From positions 75,516,001 through 75,580,000 of the forward strand of contig CM060732.1 in NCBI GenBank assembly GCA_030704615.1: a stretch of DNA of 64,000 nucleotides. The letters run 5' to 3'. The DNA comes from Takakia lepidozioides. Taxonomy: Eukaryota; Plantae; Bryophyta. Positions 52,278 to 64,000 of this stretch are shown piece after piece. Positions within the stretch are counted from its first letter, which is position 1. Each line of letters starts with the position of its first letter. The position numbers and the translations under genes are program-made. A model generated the notes under the pieces. That model had not been told where the DNA came from. It made no database searches and saw nothing but the letters and a program-made list of their open reading frames with translations.

Positions 52278-55200
52278 CTACTGGGCTTCCTCATCGCTAT
52301 CGTTCATAAAGGCCGCTGCAACTTTTGTTGTCACTTTCGACTTTTTAGTGATTGCACCAAATGACATCTGTAGATGCACCACAAGCAGTCAGTACATATA
52401 TTGATACATATTGTGCGTGTCTGACAGTAGTCGGAGAGAGTAATTTACTCCTGACCTCGGACATAGATTCCCTCCTTGGTTTTACAAGGCAGAAAGGGGA
52501 GAGTGGCAGGGATGGAGAAGGAGAGAAAAAGCACGCAAGGAGACAGGCATTATTCGGACTTCGTTTGCTGGAGCATTGGCTCCAAGCCCATCTGAGATGG
52601 AGCAATAGGGTGCAACGAGTGATGGAGACGTGTTGCTCTTAGGGGGGAAACTACCTTGGAGGCAATTGGCTTTGAGCCAAAACCAAATTTGAGTGTAGCT
52701 CGTTGCTCCAGTGCAATCCCCTGTCCAGCACTGCTGCTTACATTCTTGGCCTCCTGCTGTTGCCGCTGTGCTTCCGCACTAAGCCTCCCAGTCAAAGCAA
52801 ACATTCTTTCACCAGATAATAAATCTCATCTCAACCCCATCTAAAATGCCGATCTCGCCCTCTCACAACCCCAATTCCAACAGAGCCCCTGCTCATGATT
52901 CTATGGAAGCTATGGATATGCTAAAAGACAGTCAACAAACACACGTGCTTCTTATCTAGACCTAATTGGTGCCTAGGCTAAGAGCATAATGTTTGAGATT
53001 TTGGTGAACATTCAGGTAACATGCAACATTGCACCAACGTAGACAAACATAGGCCTACATTCAGAGGTACACCCTTTAACATGAGGGGATACATTTGAGC
53101 AAATTTAGCCATCTCCTTTTCTTGCCGTGATTGTTCACGTTTCTGACGATCATCGCGGCTCCTGCTGGTCTGTAGCTCCCGCATCTCCTTAAATCGCTGC
53201 AGAATGAGCAAGCAGCCGTCTGAATTCAAGCAATCATTTGATGCTATCTAGAACATGCCGCACACCTTCAAACGAGGAAGACATTGTGCAAACGAGGACC
53301 CTTGAGTGGAAGAAACTGTCGTAGGATTCAAGAGCAGAGAACAGGGCGAATGCCTAACAGCAATTTCCTTTTTGCAAATTCATTCACTGTCATTGTAGCA
53401 GACCATGAACTCAGAACTACTGTTGCAAGTAGTCTAGAGAACAAACATGGGTAAAAAATCTGGAACCAAACATCAAACAAAATACCTACAATCCTCCAAA
53501 GCTGCAGACACAATGAAACGCAATACATCACTGGTGGAATTGCAGCACCACGGCTACCCAATCTAGTTAAAAACCACCACACTTGAAGAACCACTGCTGC
53601 ATCCACATGATAGGAATAAGGAAGAGGAGGAAACCTTTTTGTGATTGTGATCATAGGAACTGAGATGCATTTCAAACTCGGTAGCCAACTTGTACTGCTT
53701 GTTGCATAGATCACAATAGAAGACGCGGCGGATCTCTTTCACCTCACTCTGGATCTTGTGCTCGCGCTCAGCCTCCACCTGTGATGGACGCATGCAGCCG
53801 GGCCAAATTGCCACCCGGGTAATACAGCGCACCACACATGGACCAGGGAGCGAGTGTGCTCTCTCTCATGATTCTTTGCCAGGCAATTCCCTTCACCAAC
53901 AATACACTCACATAGCCTACAGCTGCCTGCTCCTTGAGCAAGACAACCCAAACGATGCACCCCGTTCAATCCATTAGCCCATAGAACAATGCTCATGATT
54001 TCACCCACTTCTTGCCTCAAATGTACCAGAACTCGCTCCCCGTGTTACTTTTCCCAAAGGGTTACCATGGCTTAAGAGATTTGCTAATCTCAATGCACCC
54101 TGTTTGATAGATTCTCTCATCTCCTGACCCACACTCTCACACTGGAAAACATTAGCCACAACCAAATTCTTGAAGTGTCTGAACACAGCGCACACATAGC
54201 ATATCATGTCTATGGTGCTGATACACACCTCACGCTTCTTAGCCAGCTCTTCTGTCTCCTCGAGTTCCACCTCCAGCTTTTTGCGATGGATGTTCTCTTC
54301 AGATGTGTAAAAGTCATCCTGCTCTTGCTTCCCCACCCCCAGCTTTGCATCCCGCACTCCAGCCTTAATGGGTTCTAATATACCTGTACCACATCATAAC
54401 TCCGCAATCAATACCTGACTTCTGTCCTTGCCCCTTCAAAGACTATACCGGTCGTACCCATCTTTATTGGCGGTTCCATGTGTCTTTAGGCATCCAAGAC
54501 CAGTCAACTTCACCCAAATGACGTATAAATCCTAGTAGATTAGCCCAAATCTATCGCCATTGAGAGTGCTACCCACAATAACAAGTAATAAAGCAGCGAA
54601 GGAGCAGGGATGACAACAAACAAGCTCTTGCTGAACACAGGAAGGGAGCCTATCCTGTTACTGAAAGGCAGGGTGAATGAGCACCAAAAGGAAAGCAACT
54701 GAGGGGAGAACACAAGATCGGGAAATCTAAGTCAAACATGCAGCTGAGAAGGGCAGTAACGTGTTGATACAAGTCAATGTATTCATGTATAACTGGAACT
54801 GATTCAACTGTCCGGTGTGAACAAAGATGTCTGGGAGGCCTGAGTGTTGAGAGATACATGAGTAAGGACCAGATCCCAACATCCATATCCCATCACCAGA
54901 GAATTGGAAATGAAAGGAGAAGATGGCTGCTTTCTGGAGGCGCACCTTGTTCATCTTTTCCAAGGCCCTTCCCTGTCCACCCCATTTTCTGCAGGAGACG
55001 GAAGCCAACATTGGAAGAAGATAGATGTGTCTCAAGGGAGGCCTGCTCGAGGTGATCAGTGTTCAGGTTTTCCACTGGCCTGTGACTGATAGGCAGCTTG
55101 AACTCCTCTCCCAAATCTTCAGATAACGACTCTTCATACGCCTGGCCATTCATTCCATGCACAGCGAATCAAAACACCTTAGCTTCCGCTTTACTGGCAA

Positions 55201-55628
55201 AGGCCAAGAGCTCCTGATTGATCCATACAACCATCCAAATTCCAAATCCGCGTACATACATATCGAAGGAGATAAAAGCAAATTGGCGATGTGGCATAAA
55301 ACTAGAGAACGAGAGTTAGAGGGAAGAAGGTGAGAGACAAAGTGCTTGCAATCTCTCTACTGAGAGTCCCAATAACCTGAGAATCATGCTTTAGCAGAGC
55401 AGACAGAGAACCAAACCAATATCAATACTAGTCATTGTCTCTAATTCCCACAATCCAAGTAGATGGACAAGAAATAGAGGACTAAAACTGTTTTGAAGTG
55501 ATAATCAAGCAAAAAAACTACTCATCTTAAGTGATGCCGAAATACAAATATACCTGTTCGCGTTCTTGTTGGCGCTTCTCTTGGGCAAAAAGGGCATAGC
55601 CACCTGCTTGTCGTCTTCCTTGGTCCAT
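52278..55628 (-). CDS. G-patch domain protein with a C2H2/matrin-type zinc finger (D111/G-patch, GPATCH8-like), 7 coding exons
   Basis: SSNVGFRLLQKMGWTGKGLGKDEQG...EPI...LGVG (G-patch); FYCDLCNKQY...FEMHLSSYDHNHKK (zinc finger); canonical splice sites. Confidence 0.92.
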
Positions 55629-57255
55629 TGCTGCTCTGTATCCTAAGTAACCCCCTACTGCAACAGCTTCTGCAAGTTCCTAGAAATGCAATTGGGCAAT
55701 GAGCAGGCAGTTTCTCACAAGCTACAGACTCGACATGGAGGGTTAAGGGAAGCACAATCAAAGCAGGAGGCCTAGTCTCGACTGCACATGATCTGAACCA
55801 CAGGAAGAGAATATTAGACCGTTTAAACCTACCAGTAAGAGTCTTCCATGATTGAAAGATGCCAAAATTCAAGAAATTTGGTGGTTTCGTCCACAAAACT
55901 CTCTCCCTGTACCATTCTGCTAGAGCAACCTGCATTGCAGGCCATTCCAGAATACTACATGTACATGTACATACTTTCTTCCCCTAGTCTCACTCCGACT
56001 GCATGCTGTTCAGTTGTCTGACCTCAGATACTCAGCCAATCAAACCCTAACGAAGCGACAGGACGATGATTCCTGTAACCTAAGATTATAAAACTTTACA
56101 ATCTATGAGGACGCCCCGTGAATTCTACCTTAAATACCTGTCCGAGACCCCTACGTGTAGTGCTATCCAAAAGGTTATGCAAGACTCTCTTGATGGTGAA
56201 TGTTGTCTCACTCTCTCTCTGGCTCCAACCCACCTGCAACTTGACACAACAGCCCGAAAAGCAAAAAGAGAATATTCACTTTGGATTGCTTTATGCACAT
56301 CCCTCTCACAACTCTCACAGTGTCACGGACACACAAAGAACAATCCTTCCCCGGAGGCAGATGTACACGAGGCCTGTGGCAATTTTCTGCCTGAGCTGCA
56401 TACTCTAGTGGTCACGACCCTTATCCCATCCATCACCGGGGCCGTTATGATTGGATCTCTTCCCTCCCACTCCCCTCATGTTTGGACACACGAGCTGCCT
56501 TATGCGTTAGAAATGATCTAGTAACCCGTCAACTGATTTCCATATAACCAACATTGTGCTGCACAGCCAAAGCATGTGCTCTAAGGAGAGGTGTGCATAC
56601 CGAGGTTTCGTGCTCCCCCGCTAGCCTCGCCTCACACCATCGTCTGCAACAACGCCCAGGCGAGGTTTCTTTCCAGATCCGAAACCACAGATGTTCTCAC
56701 ACTCGTAGGGAACGATGCCAGGTGCAATCCGTAATGACGGCACGAAAAAAGGAAAGAAACAAAGAAAGGAAGAGATCTGAAGACACGATGCAGAAGCAAA
56801 AAACTCGCGAGGCAAAGAGGAGGACGAGGGATCTCTTGGCATCACCCTTCTAACACTGACTGGTAAAGTCACTAGTAACTTCCGTTTCCACGCTAGGGTT
56901 CCGACGTTCATCCATGACAGCACACTTATCACGTTTCTCGTTTTTCAGTCATCCATTTACCTTTCTTCACAGGCACGTGCAGGTTCGGTAGGCGAGAAAG
57001 GAGGCAGATACCGGCACCAACCGGTTGAAGTAGGCCCTAGAGTTGCTCTCACTCCTTGCTCGTCTCTCACCGGCCTCATCTCACGATCTCTTCTCGTGTT
57101 GTCTCTTGGTAGGGATCTGCGCAACTGTTCTTGGTTTTTGGGAGGTTCTTTTCCATCGTGATTCCTTTGTGGCGTGTTTTAGGAGTTGGGTTTGAAGCGG
57201 GCGTGTAAGCTAGGCTGCGGTGCATATCTGCTCTGTTCGGAGATCTTCTGAGGAG

Positions 57256-57381
57256 ATGGCCTCGCTGGGGTTCAATGGAGATGAAACCGCCCCGTTTTTT
57301 GGCTTTATGGGGGCGGCCGCTGCCCTTGTCTTCTCCTGTATGTTTCTTATCTACCCCCTCGCAATTGTTGTAGGTTAGCTG

Positions 57382-57423
<42 letters not shown>

Positions 57424-58984
57424 GTTCGTCTTAATGATCCAGTGAAGTATGTCATATTGGTTTCCTGTGGGCTGTTATTATTGTGGTAAATTTAGCAATC
57501 CAGCCTTGAAAAATCCAACTATTGTGAACCAATCAGTGACTGTCAATGTTGTCACTCAAGTCGTCACCGTTTCACAATAGTTTGTCACTATCGAAATTGA
57601 GCAGCGTCATTACAGGTGCACCTCATCATGCCATCTTGTAGCTGCAAGATGCAAATCGACCAGTTTACGTTTTCCTGCTGGCCAATATCATGTACTCTTC
57701 TCCCATTGTGGTGGATGTTTCATAGCTTTTAGATTGGGTCTCATTTTCAAGGGGATATGAAGGGGAATGTCTGCCTGGAAAGGCAGGATGCATATTGGTA
57801 AGCAGTCGAGCTCTTTTATCTGACTAGCAAGATTGCAGTCACACATTAAGGACTGGCATAGCATCGGAAGAACTGTTCCTCGCTGAAATAGTCTTTCCTG
57901 CCTTGAGGGAAGGTAGGGCCTCATAAGATCTAGACCAAAGGGGTAGTTTGACTTTGGTAGGGCCTACAATGACGGACATTATGTTCTATGTTGTTTTGAA
58001 GTAGTGATTCCCTGCACCAATCTTCTTCACAAATGATTGCAGAGATATCAGCTGAAAGGTCACATCTTGGCCTTTCAGTGCTTGAAAGCTCGTCTACAAT
58101 ATCTTTGAGCGCCCAGAAGATAACCACGTATTGTGCACACCTTATAGCTTTATCTCCCATTGGATTGGAGTAAGTGTGAACGGATGGCATGGGAATATGT
58201 GCCAAAGGTGCCCCATCTTGGATGGTGTTTGGCTGGTCACAAATTGGATGTAGAATTATCTGTGAACAAGGTGGATAAACTGAACTCTTATAAGATTTGC
58301 GAAGATCATCTTCTAAATATGCAGCACCACAATAAAACGAAAATGATCAATGTTGAAGAATCTTTGGCTCTGTATCCAGGTATGGGGGCAGCATATGGAA
58401 CAGCAAAAAGTGGAGTAGGGGTGGCATCCATGGGAGTGATGAGGCCAGAATTGGTGATGAGGTCGATTGTGCCTGTCGTAATGGCGGGAGTGCTGGGTAT
58501 TTATGGCCTAATTATTGCTGTGATTATCAGCACGGGGATTAATCCCAAGTCCAAGCCCTACTATGTGTTTGATGGTTATGCACATCTAGCCTCAGGCTTA
58601 GCATGTGGATTGGCTGGTCTTTCAGCAGGCATGGCCATTGGCATTGTTGGTGACGCTGGTGTCAGGTACTTGCACGTCTTCTTTGCCTGCTGTTCTCTGT
58701 GTAGTTTGGGGAATGTGCTGTGTCATCTCTTTTCTGATTCAAAGCTGTCGTTTTAGGGCTAGTAGTGGGGCTGTATACACGACCGGTAAGTGCCACACCT
58801 TTCGGAGTTTGCTGAGATGAGCTGACGCATGCAAGGGTGGTGTTTGGACAGGGCAACTGCACAGCAACCCAAGCTCTTCGTGGGGATGATTCTTATCCTT
58901 ATCTTTGCAGAGGCGCTGGCTCTGTATGGTCTCATTGTGGGCATTATTTTGTCATCTCGCGCTGGCCAATCGCGAGTTGACTAA
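57256..58984 (+). CDS. VHA-c: V-type H+-ATPase 16-kDa proteolipid subunit c; exons 57256-57337, 58380-58665, 58852-58984 (166 aa)
   Basis: [47 protein letters not shown]...[17 protein letters not shown] with the conserved Glu. Confidence 0.97.
57384..57423. repeat. (GA)n microsatellite in VHA-c intron 1
   Basis: Visible GA run. Confidence 0.9.
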
Positions 58985-61467
58985 GGGGATGTCCACTGGC
59001 ATTTGGATTCTGGCGTCATACTAGGTCAGCAATGGTGGTTTCATACAGACAGGGTTTTTCCATTATGTTTTTAATGAAGCAATTGACATGCATGGCACTA
59101 TTCTGGCCATTGTTTTTGCCGTACCAAAAAGAGGTGGAAAGCCCATTGAAACCAGGGAGTGTTACTTGGCTTGACTTCGGATGTGAGAAATGCGTATAGA
59201 CGGGCAATTGGTAATCAATTTGTGTCAATCTAACATGGAAGTTTGACAAGAAAGGCCATATTTTGGGAGGCTTACATGTAGATGTGGTTTCCATATAGCT
59301 GTGTCTCTCTCTTCCCTCCTCGCTTCTCTGGATATAAATTAGCTGGAAGTTCAAAGTTCCTTTGTTGTTTTGTTTCTTCCATTCCAAGTGTTGGCCATAG
59401 GCACATGGCAGAGGTGCAGCAGCAAAGTAGGGTATTAAAGTGCAGAGTGTCCAGGTCTAAAAAATTGTGTGGACCCCCCTGGTGCTAGACCGTATACCAG
59501 TATTGGACTAAATAGATACTTGTTGCACATGTATACATTTCGACACACTCTCAGTTCCTGTTAGTTTGAAGTAATCTTTGCCCATTCCTTGCTCCTTAGC
59601 TGTTCCCCAAGAGTTTGTGGAAGTCAAGTTGGAATGCTGAAATGTTTAGTGTAAGGCTAAAGGTTATATTATGGCTGTCTTCGTTGATGCAAGTTTGCCG
59701 GTGTCTATATTTCCGCTGTGATGATCTGTAAATGAGTATGACCTATACTAGGATTCTTAGTCCTTGCCATGGGAGTGGAAGAATATTGTTGAGTATCCCT
59801 GGCCATTATTGTTACTTGAGTGAATCGAAAAACTGGTTGGTGTAAGTTGCTCCAGACTGGAAGGAAGTGGTGTGTATCACCTTTGAACTTTTTGCCCTTG
59901 ATGTTCGACTTAGTAATTTAAGTTGCTTCACTTCAATGGCATCAAGTCTATACTTGTCCACATGCTGCCATTCCGTTGATGCTCAAATCTTGCAGGTTGA
60001 TTGTTGAACCCAAACTTATGTCTCAGGTCTTCTCAACATCTGGCTAGTGGGTGTCAAATCAGAAGAGCCTGCAGACTCGTTCAGAAATGACCCTGCAAGA
60101 ATTTGGGACCCATATTTTACAACCACACTGCGGACCCTCCCTTTTTTGGTATACACCTACTCCATACATAATCACCTAGCTAGTAATAAGCTACTAATTT
60201 AGTAAGTATTTACTTAAGTAGGAAGAGCCTGGCTCTCCTATATATACCCAGTGAGGGCGGTGGGACCCCTCTAGAAGCTAGGGACAGTGGTACTCCCACC
60301 ACTTGACACCTGTCCCCAATTTAATAGGTATCACCATCCCCTATTTAATAGCTGTTAGCTTCCTGCCATCTTTTTTCAGACCCTTCATTTCGTTAATTAA
60401 TACAGGTGGCCTTACTACATTGGCCCCCTCTTTTAACTCCTAGACCACGCTAATTCATGGACCACTCTAGAATTAACTGGCCCGAATGAAACTGCATTTC
60501 ATATTCACCTCATGACTTGCCTTTTTTTTTCCTTTTTTTATCATGGGAATGGGACCAAGCCAATTAACAAAAGAAGGTCAAGACCAGAAAAGGTAAGGCC
60601 CCTGATGGCACGATTTCTTCCTTAAATGTGTCAATCAACATGGGGGAGCCAAAAGAGCACACATAAATTTGCACCAGAAGATGAAGACCGTGGTATAGTA
60701 ATTCCTAGGTTAAAGTGGAATTACTAAGCGTCAAGTAATCTTGGAACATGGAATTCTGGAAGAAAACAACTTGTTGGATACTTCAGCCCTACAAGCTCGG
60801 TGGTCACAACAGTACTCAGAAAGGTGTTGGGAAACATCAAGGTTAAATGTAAAAATAGTAGAACCAGCAATATTGCATTGGTTATTTCTTTCATAAGAAA
60901 AGAGTTCCAGAATCGGATATTTCTGACGTTGAAATGACAACAACAAGAACCAAACATAGGAGCCCACATTATTTTCGTATGCACTAGTGACTAGACCACA
61001 ATGGTACTTAAGTCCACTTACAGCTTGAGGAGATAGAAGATAGTCATGTGATGGTGTAGCAACAAGCATTAACCAACAATATAACCCAATGGAGTTGGGC
61101 ACTGACACAAGACTTTTCAGTGGAGGCATTGAAGGCTTTTTTTGGAGGAGAAGAGCTTACGGCTTGTAACTGAGATGACCAGAGATCCAGGTGCCCACAG
61201 TATCCATCTCAAAATCTTCAACAGTAATGTCATGCGATAAAACATTTGGTTGCCTGACATACTAGAGAATGTGTCTAGAAGAGTGTTTGGTATGCATGGC
61301 ACTTCCTTTTTGCTCATATGGACCAAGTGGCATGTGATAGACACAGTGCTGTAATTATTATATGCATGCATTCTGATATGATGACGATACGAGCCATTGA
61401 ATGAATCTTCCAAATCATGTAATTAGATTGTCATGACGGCGTTCAGCTGAGTTTCAGACACCCTTGG

Positions 61468-62191
61468 TGTTGCGGCCCTTTGCCTTTAGGGCAGGGGGTC
61501 GGGACACGAGAGGGGCTGCCCTTGTGGTAGGGGCAGTGGCGACAATAGATGCGGGGGCTAAAGCACCCTTGAGTGCCCAAGGCACTCAAGGAGGCGGAGG
61601 CGCTCACTAGGTGGAGCCCCGCACACCGGGTTGCGGTGGAGGTGGTTCCACGAGGGTTGGTGGTAGCTTAGTGGGACTTAGTGGGGGTGGCATAGGACTC
61701 ACCATGGGGCGGAGACCTTGTGGTGGGAGTCGTGGGGAGTCTTGGGACTCATCACGGTCCAATGGGGCCGTGGTGGGTGGGCCAAGACTCACCGCGACTC
61801 ATCACCGGGAATCGAGGGTCTTCGTGGTGGTTCACCATAAAATGGCATGGTTGTTTGTGAAACGCCCGCGGACAGTCACAGAAGTATATATAGGGAGTAG
61901 TAACCCCGAGAACAGTGCAAGCCCGTTGGTGACCAAAAACTAGTGAGTAAATGAGCGAGCCGGAAAGCGACTAAGGAGTGCGGAGCTATTCCGGACTGCC
62001 ATCTACCAAAGGGAATTTCCACTAGGCCCAAATTGGTGGAGGGTCTGTTGGGGGAAGAAAGGGGACCGTTATGTCCCGGTGAGCAGCCGAAGCTCCGAGT
62101 TGGCCCGGCGGCCAGGTTAGGAGTTAGGCGCGCGCATCAAAGCGAGTAACTATGACTTAAAGGGGAGCTTACCGAAGTGAGGTGCGCGACA
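61468..62191 (+). mobile_element. Solo LTR of the gypsy A family
   Basis: Matches 9403-10117; perfect TSD CTTGG on both sides; no PBS or internal region. Confidence 0.93.
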
Positions 62192-62749
62192 CTTGGGTTA
62201 AATAGACATTACTAGTGGAGAGAAAATTTCTGGAAGCTCTGTGTGAATGAGGAACGTCATGGCTACTAAAGTCTTTTTGAAATAGCTCATTACAGATAAG
62301 GATATTTGATATCAAGTGCTGACTCAAAGTGGATACTAACTTACATATGTTAGAGTAGACAATTGATACAGCAAATGATGTTCCAGATATCTGAACCATT
62401 GTCGACTGTAAAACCACAAAAGGTAGTTGTGGATGTCCTACAACAAGCAATTGAAAAGTTTGCACTGCTGTCAAAAATAAACAGTCGAAGATAAACAATA
62501 CTGAGATTAACATACGAATATACCCACATTGTTGGGTCTAATATGTGAGCTTCTAGGAGTGGTAGGCTGCAGAGTCTTTTCATTTCCAAGCAATCTTTCA
62601 ATGTTGATTTCTTCTTGTTCAAGTTTGCTTGGAGGATCTTGGGGATTATTAAGTTTCCTACTTTCTTGGAATGTGGTTTTGCACCTAGACTTGTCGACCT
62701 AGCAATTTTGCTTAGAGTTGGGTCGAGAGAGATAAAAGAGAGGGATGCA

Positions 62750-63140
62750 AGGGAATATTGTCGGCCCAGTGTCGGCGCTGAGGCAGCTACGCCACCACCG
62801 TAGAGAGTTGTAGGCCAGAAGGGAGGGAAGAGAAGAGAAACTGGGAAGGGAGCGAAGCTGGGAGGCGAAGGGAGGCTGTAGGCCGGTAGCCGACGCCGCG
62901 TAGTGCAAGAGGAGCCGACCCGTCGCAGAGGCGTCGCAAGTCCGTCACCCATCCACCATCCATCCGACGCCTAGCCGTTGCTGCTGAGTCACTCTGTCGT
63001 CGCAAGGTATGATTATTACCCTGTTGCGATCCCCGGCGAAGCAGTTACACTGTCAGTGGGGCGTCACTACATCATTTTTTTTTTGTTAATGGTTTTTATG
63101 ATTTTCGGAGTTTTTAGGGCGACGTCGGTGATAAACCACC
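62750..63140. repeat. GC-rich CGACGCC/GTCGCA motif cluster resembling CACTA subterminal repeats
   Basis: Similar short motifs to 19220-20311; termini not identified. Confidence 0.3.
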
Positions 63141-63684
63141 GACAATATCACTATATTTGTTTTAGGGTTTAGGCTTTTTGGGGTTTTTGGGATTTTTTGG
63201 GGGGAGGAAGGATATGGAAATTCTACTATTTTCCAATGCCCCATGACACCATTCATTTAGAAATGACATTGAGCAGGATACTTCAAGCATATAGTGATTA
63301 CAAAACACTTATAACATTCGCAATGTAAACAATGTTAGAATTGCGAGTGTAGCCTAGACCCGGGAAGTCACTTCCATTTTTCCCCAAACGGCGTGCAAAA
63401 ATATATAGGGTAACATATATTCTTTGAAGATAAAATTTACAATATTTTTAGAAATAAAATTGGGTCTCCTTATTTATGGATACCATATTTAAATAAAATA
63501 GGGTTATGAATATATGCTCCAATTATATATATTTTAGAACTAATATAGGGGTGTCACAATGGCGATGGACATGTGTGGTTCATTCTATAGTATATTTGTA
63601 TTGAGACTCCATAGGGCCCACCCCTGGAAGGGAGTAGTAGCCGCAAGGCAAAGTGGCTCCTAGTTACGCCGCTTTGGCCGGAGT

Positions 63685-63710
63685 CCTCTCTCTCTCTCTC
63701 TCTCTCTCTC
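63685..63710. repeat. (CT)n microsatellite
   Basis: Visible CT run. Confidence 0.9.
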
Positions 63711-64000
63711 GACTTCATAAATGACTAGTTGGACCTGGATGACGGGACTTGGATTCAGCTTGGATGAGAGGACTTGCTTTAGGGAGGATACGTTTTAGTT
63801 TAGGGTTGCTTTATTTTCTTCTCACTTTGTTTTCTTCTCCGACGCAAAAGTTTTGCTATACTAGTTACTGACGTCATTGTGTTGCTGGAAGCTCCGGTTT
63901 ATTCACTTGTTGTAAGGTACATTACTCTCTCACCCGAGGAATATTTTTTCACTACACTCAAAATATATAACAAGTTTTCTCATTCGTTTGATAGATGCCT

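Noticed and set aside
58160-58379. N-terminal extension of the VHA-c ORF 58160..58756
   Set aside because: Intron read-through; the real first exon is 57256-57337.
60700-62700. Coding-like remnant around the solo LTR
   Set aside because: Too degenerate to assign to any gene or transposase family.

Overview
Eukaryotic nuclear DNA from a land plant; the PLS-type PPR remnants and the Tcn1- and Galadriel-like chromoviruses suggest a non-seed plant such as a bryophyte or lycophyte (inference). About 1-33 kb is mostly transposon remains. A degenerate L1 LINE is split by a Ty1/copia element (7070-29819, -). That copia contains a Galadriel-like gypsy (9403-26826, +), which contains a Tcn1-like chromovirus (11329-17827, -), a non-autonomous CACTA (19220-20311) and a CACTA-started insert carrying PLS-PPR fragments (21932-~25600/25726). 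Harbinger and hAT MITEs with clear TSDs are scattered around. About 34-59 kb is gene-rich: a COR27/28-like gene, an orphan gene built on a group II intron maturase domain X with no RT domain, a PAP2 lipid phosphate phosphatase, and a G-patch/zinc-finger gene head-to-head with V-ATPase subunit c. A solo LTR lies at 61468-62191. The most notable observations are the RT-less domain-X gene with a plausible spliceosomal structure, a Tf1-like self-priming signature and a TATA-preceded extra ORF in the Tcn1 element, and transposon-borne PPR cargo. All calls were made by eye; exon models are unverified.
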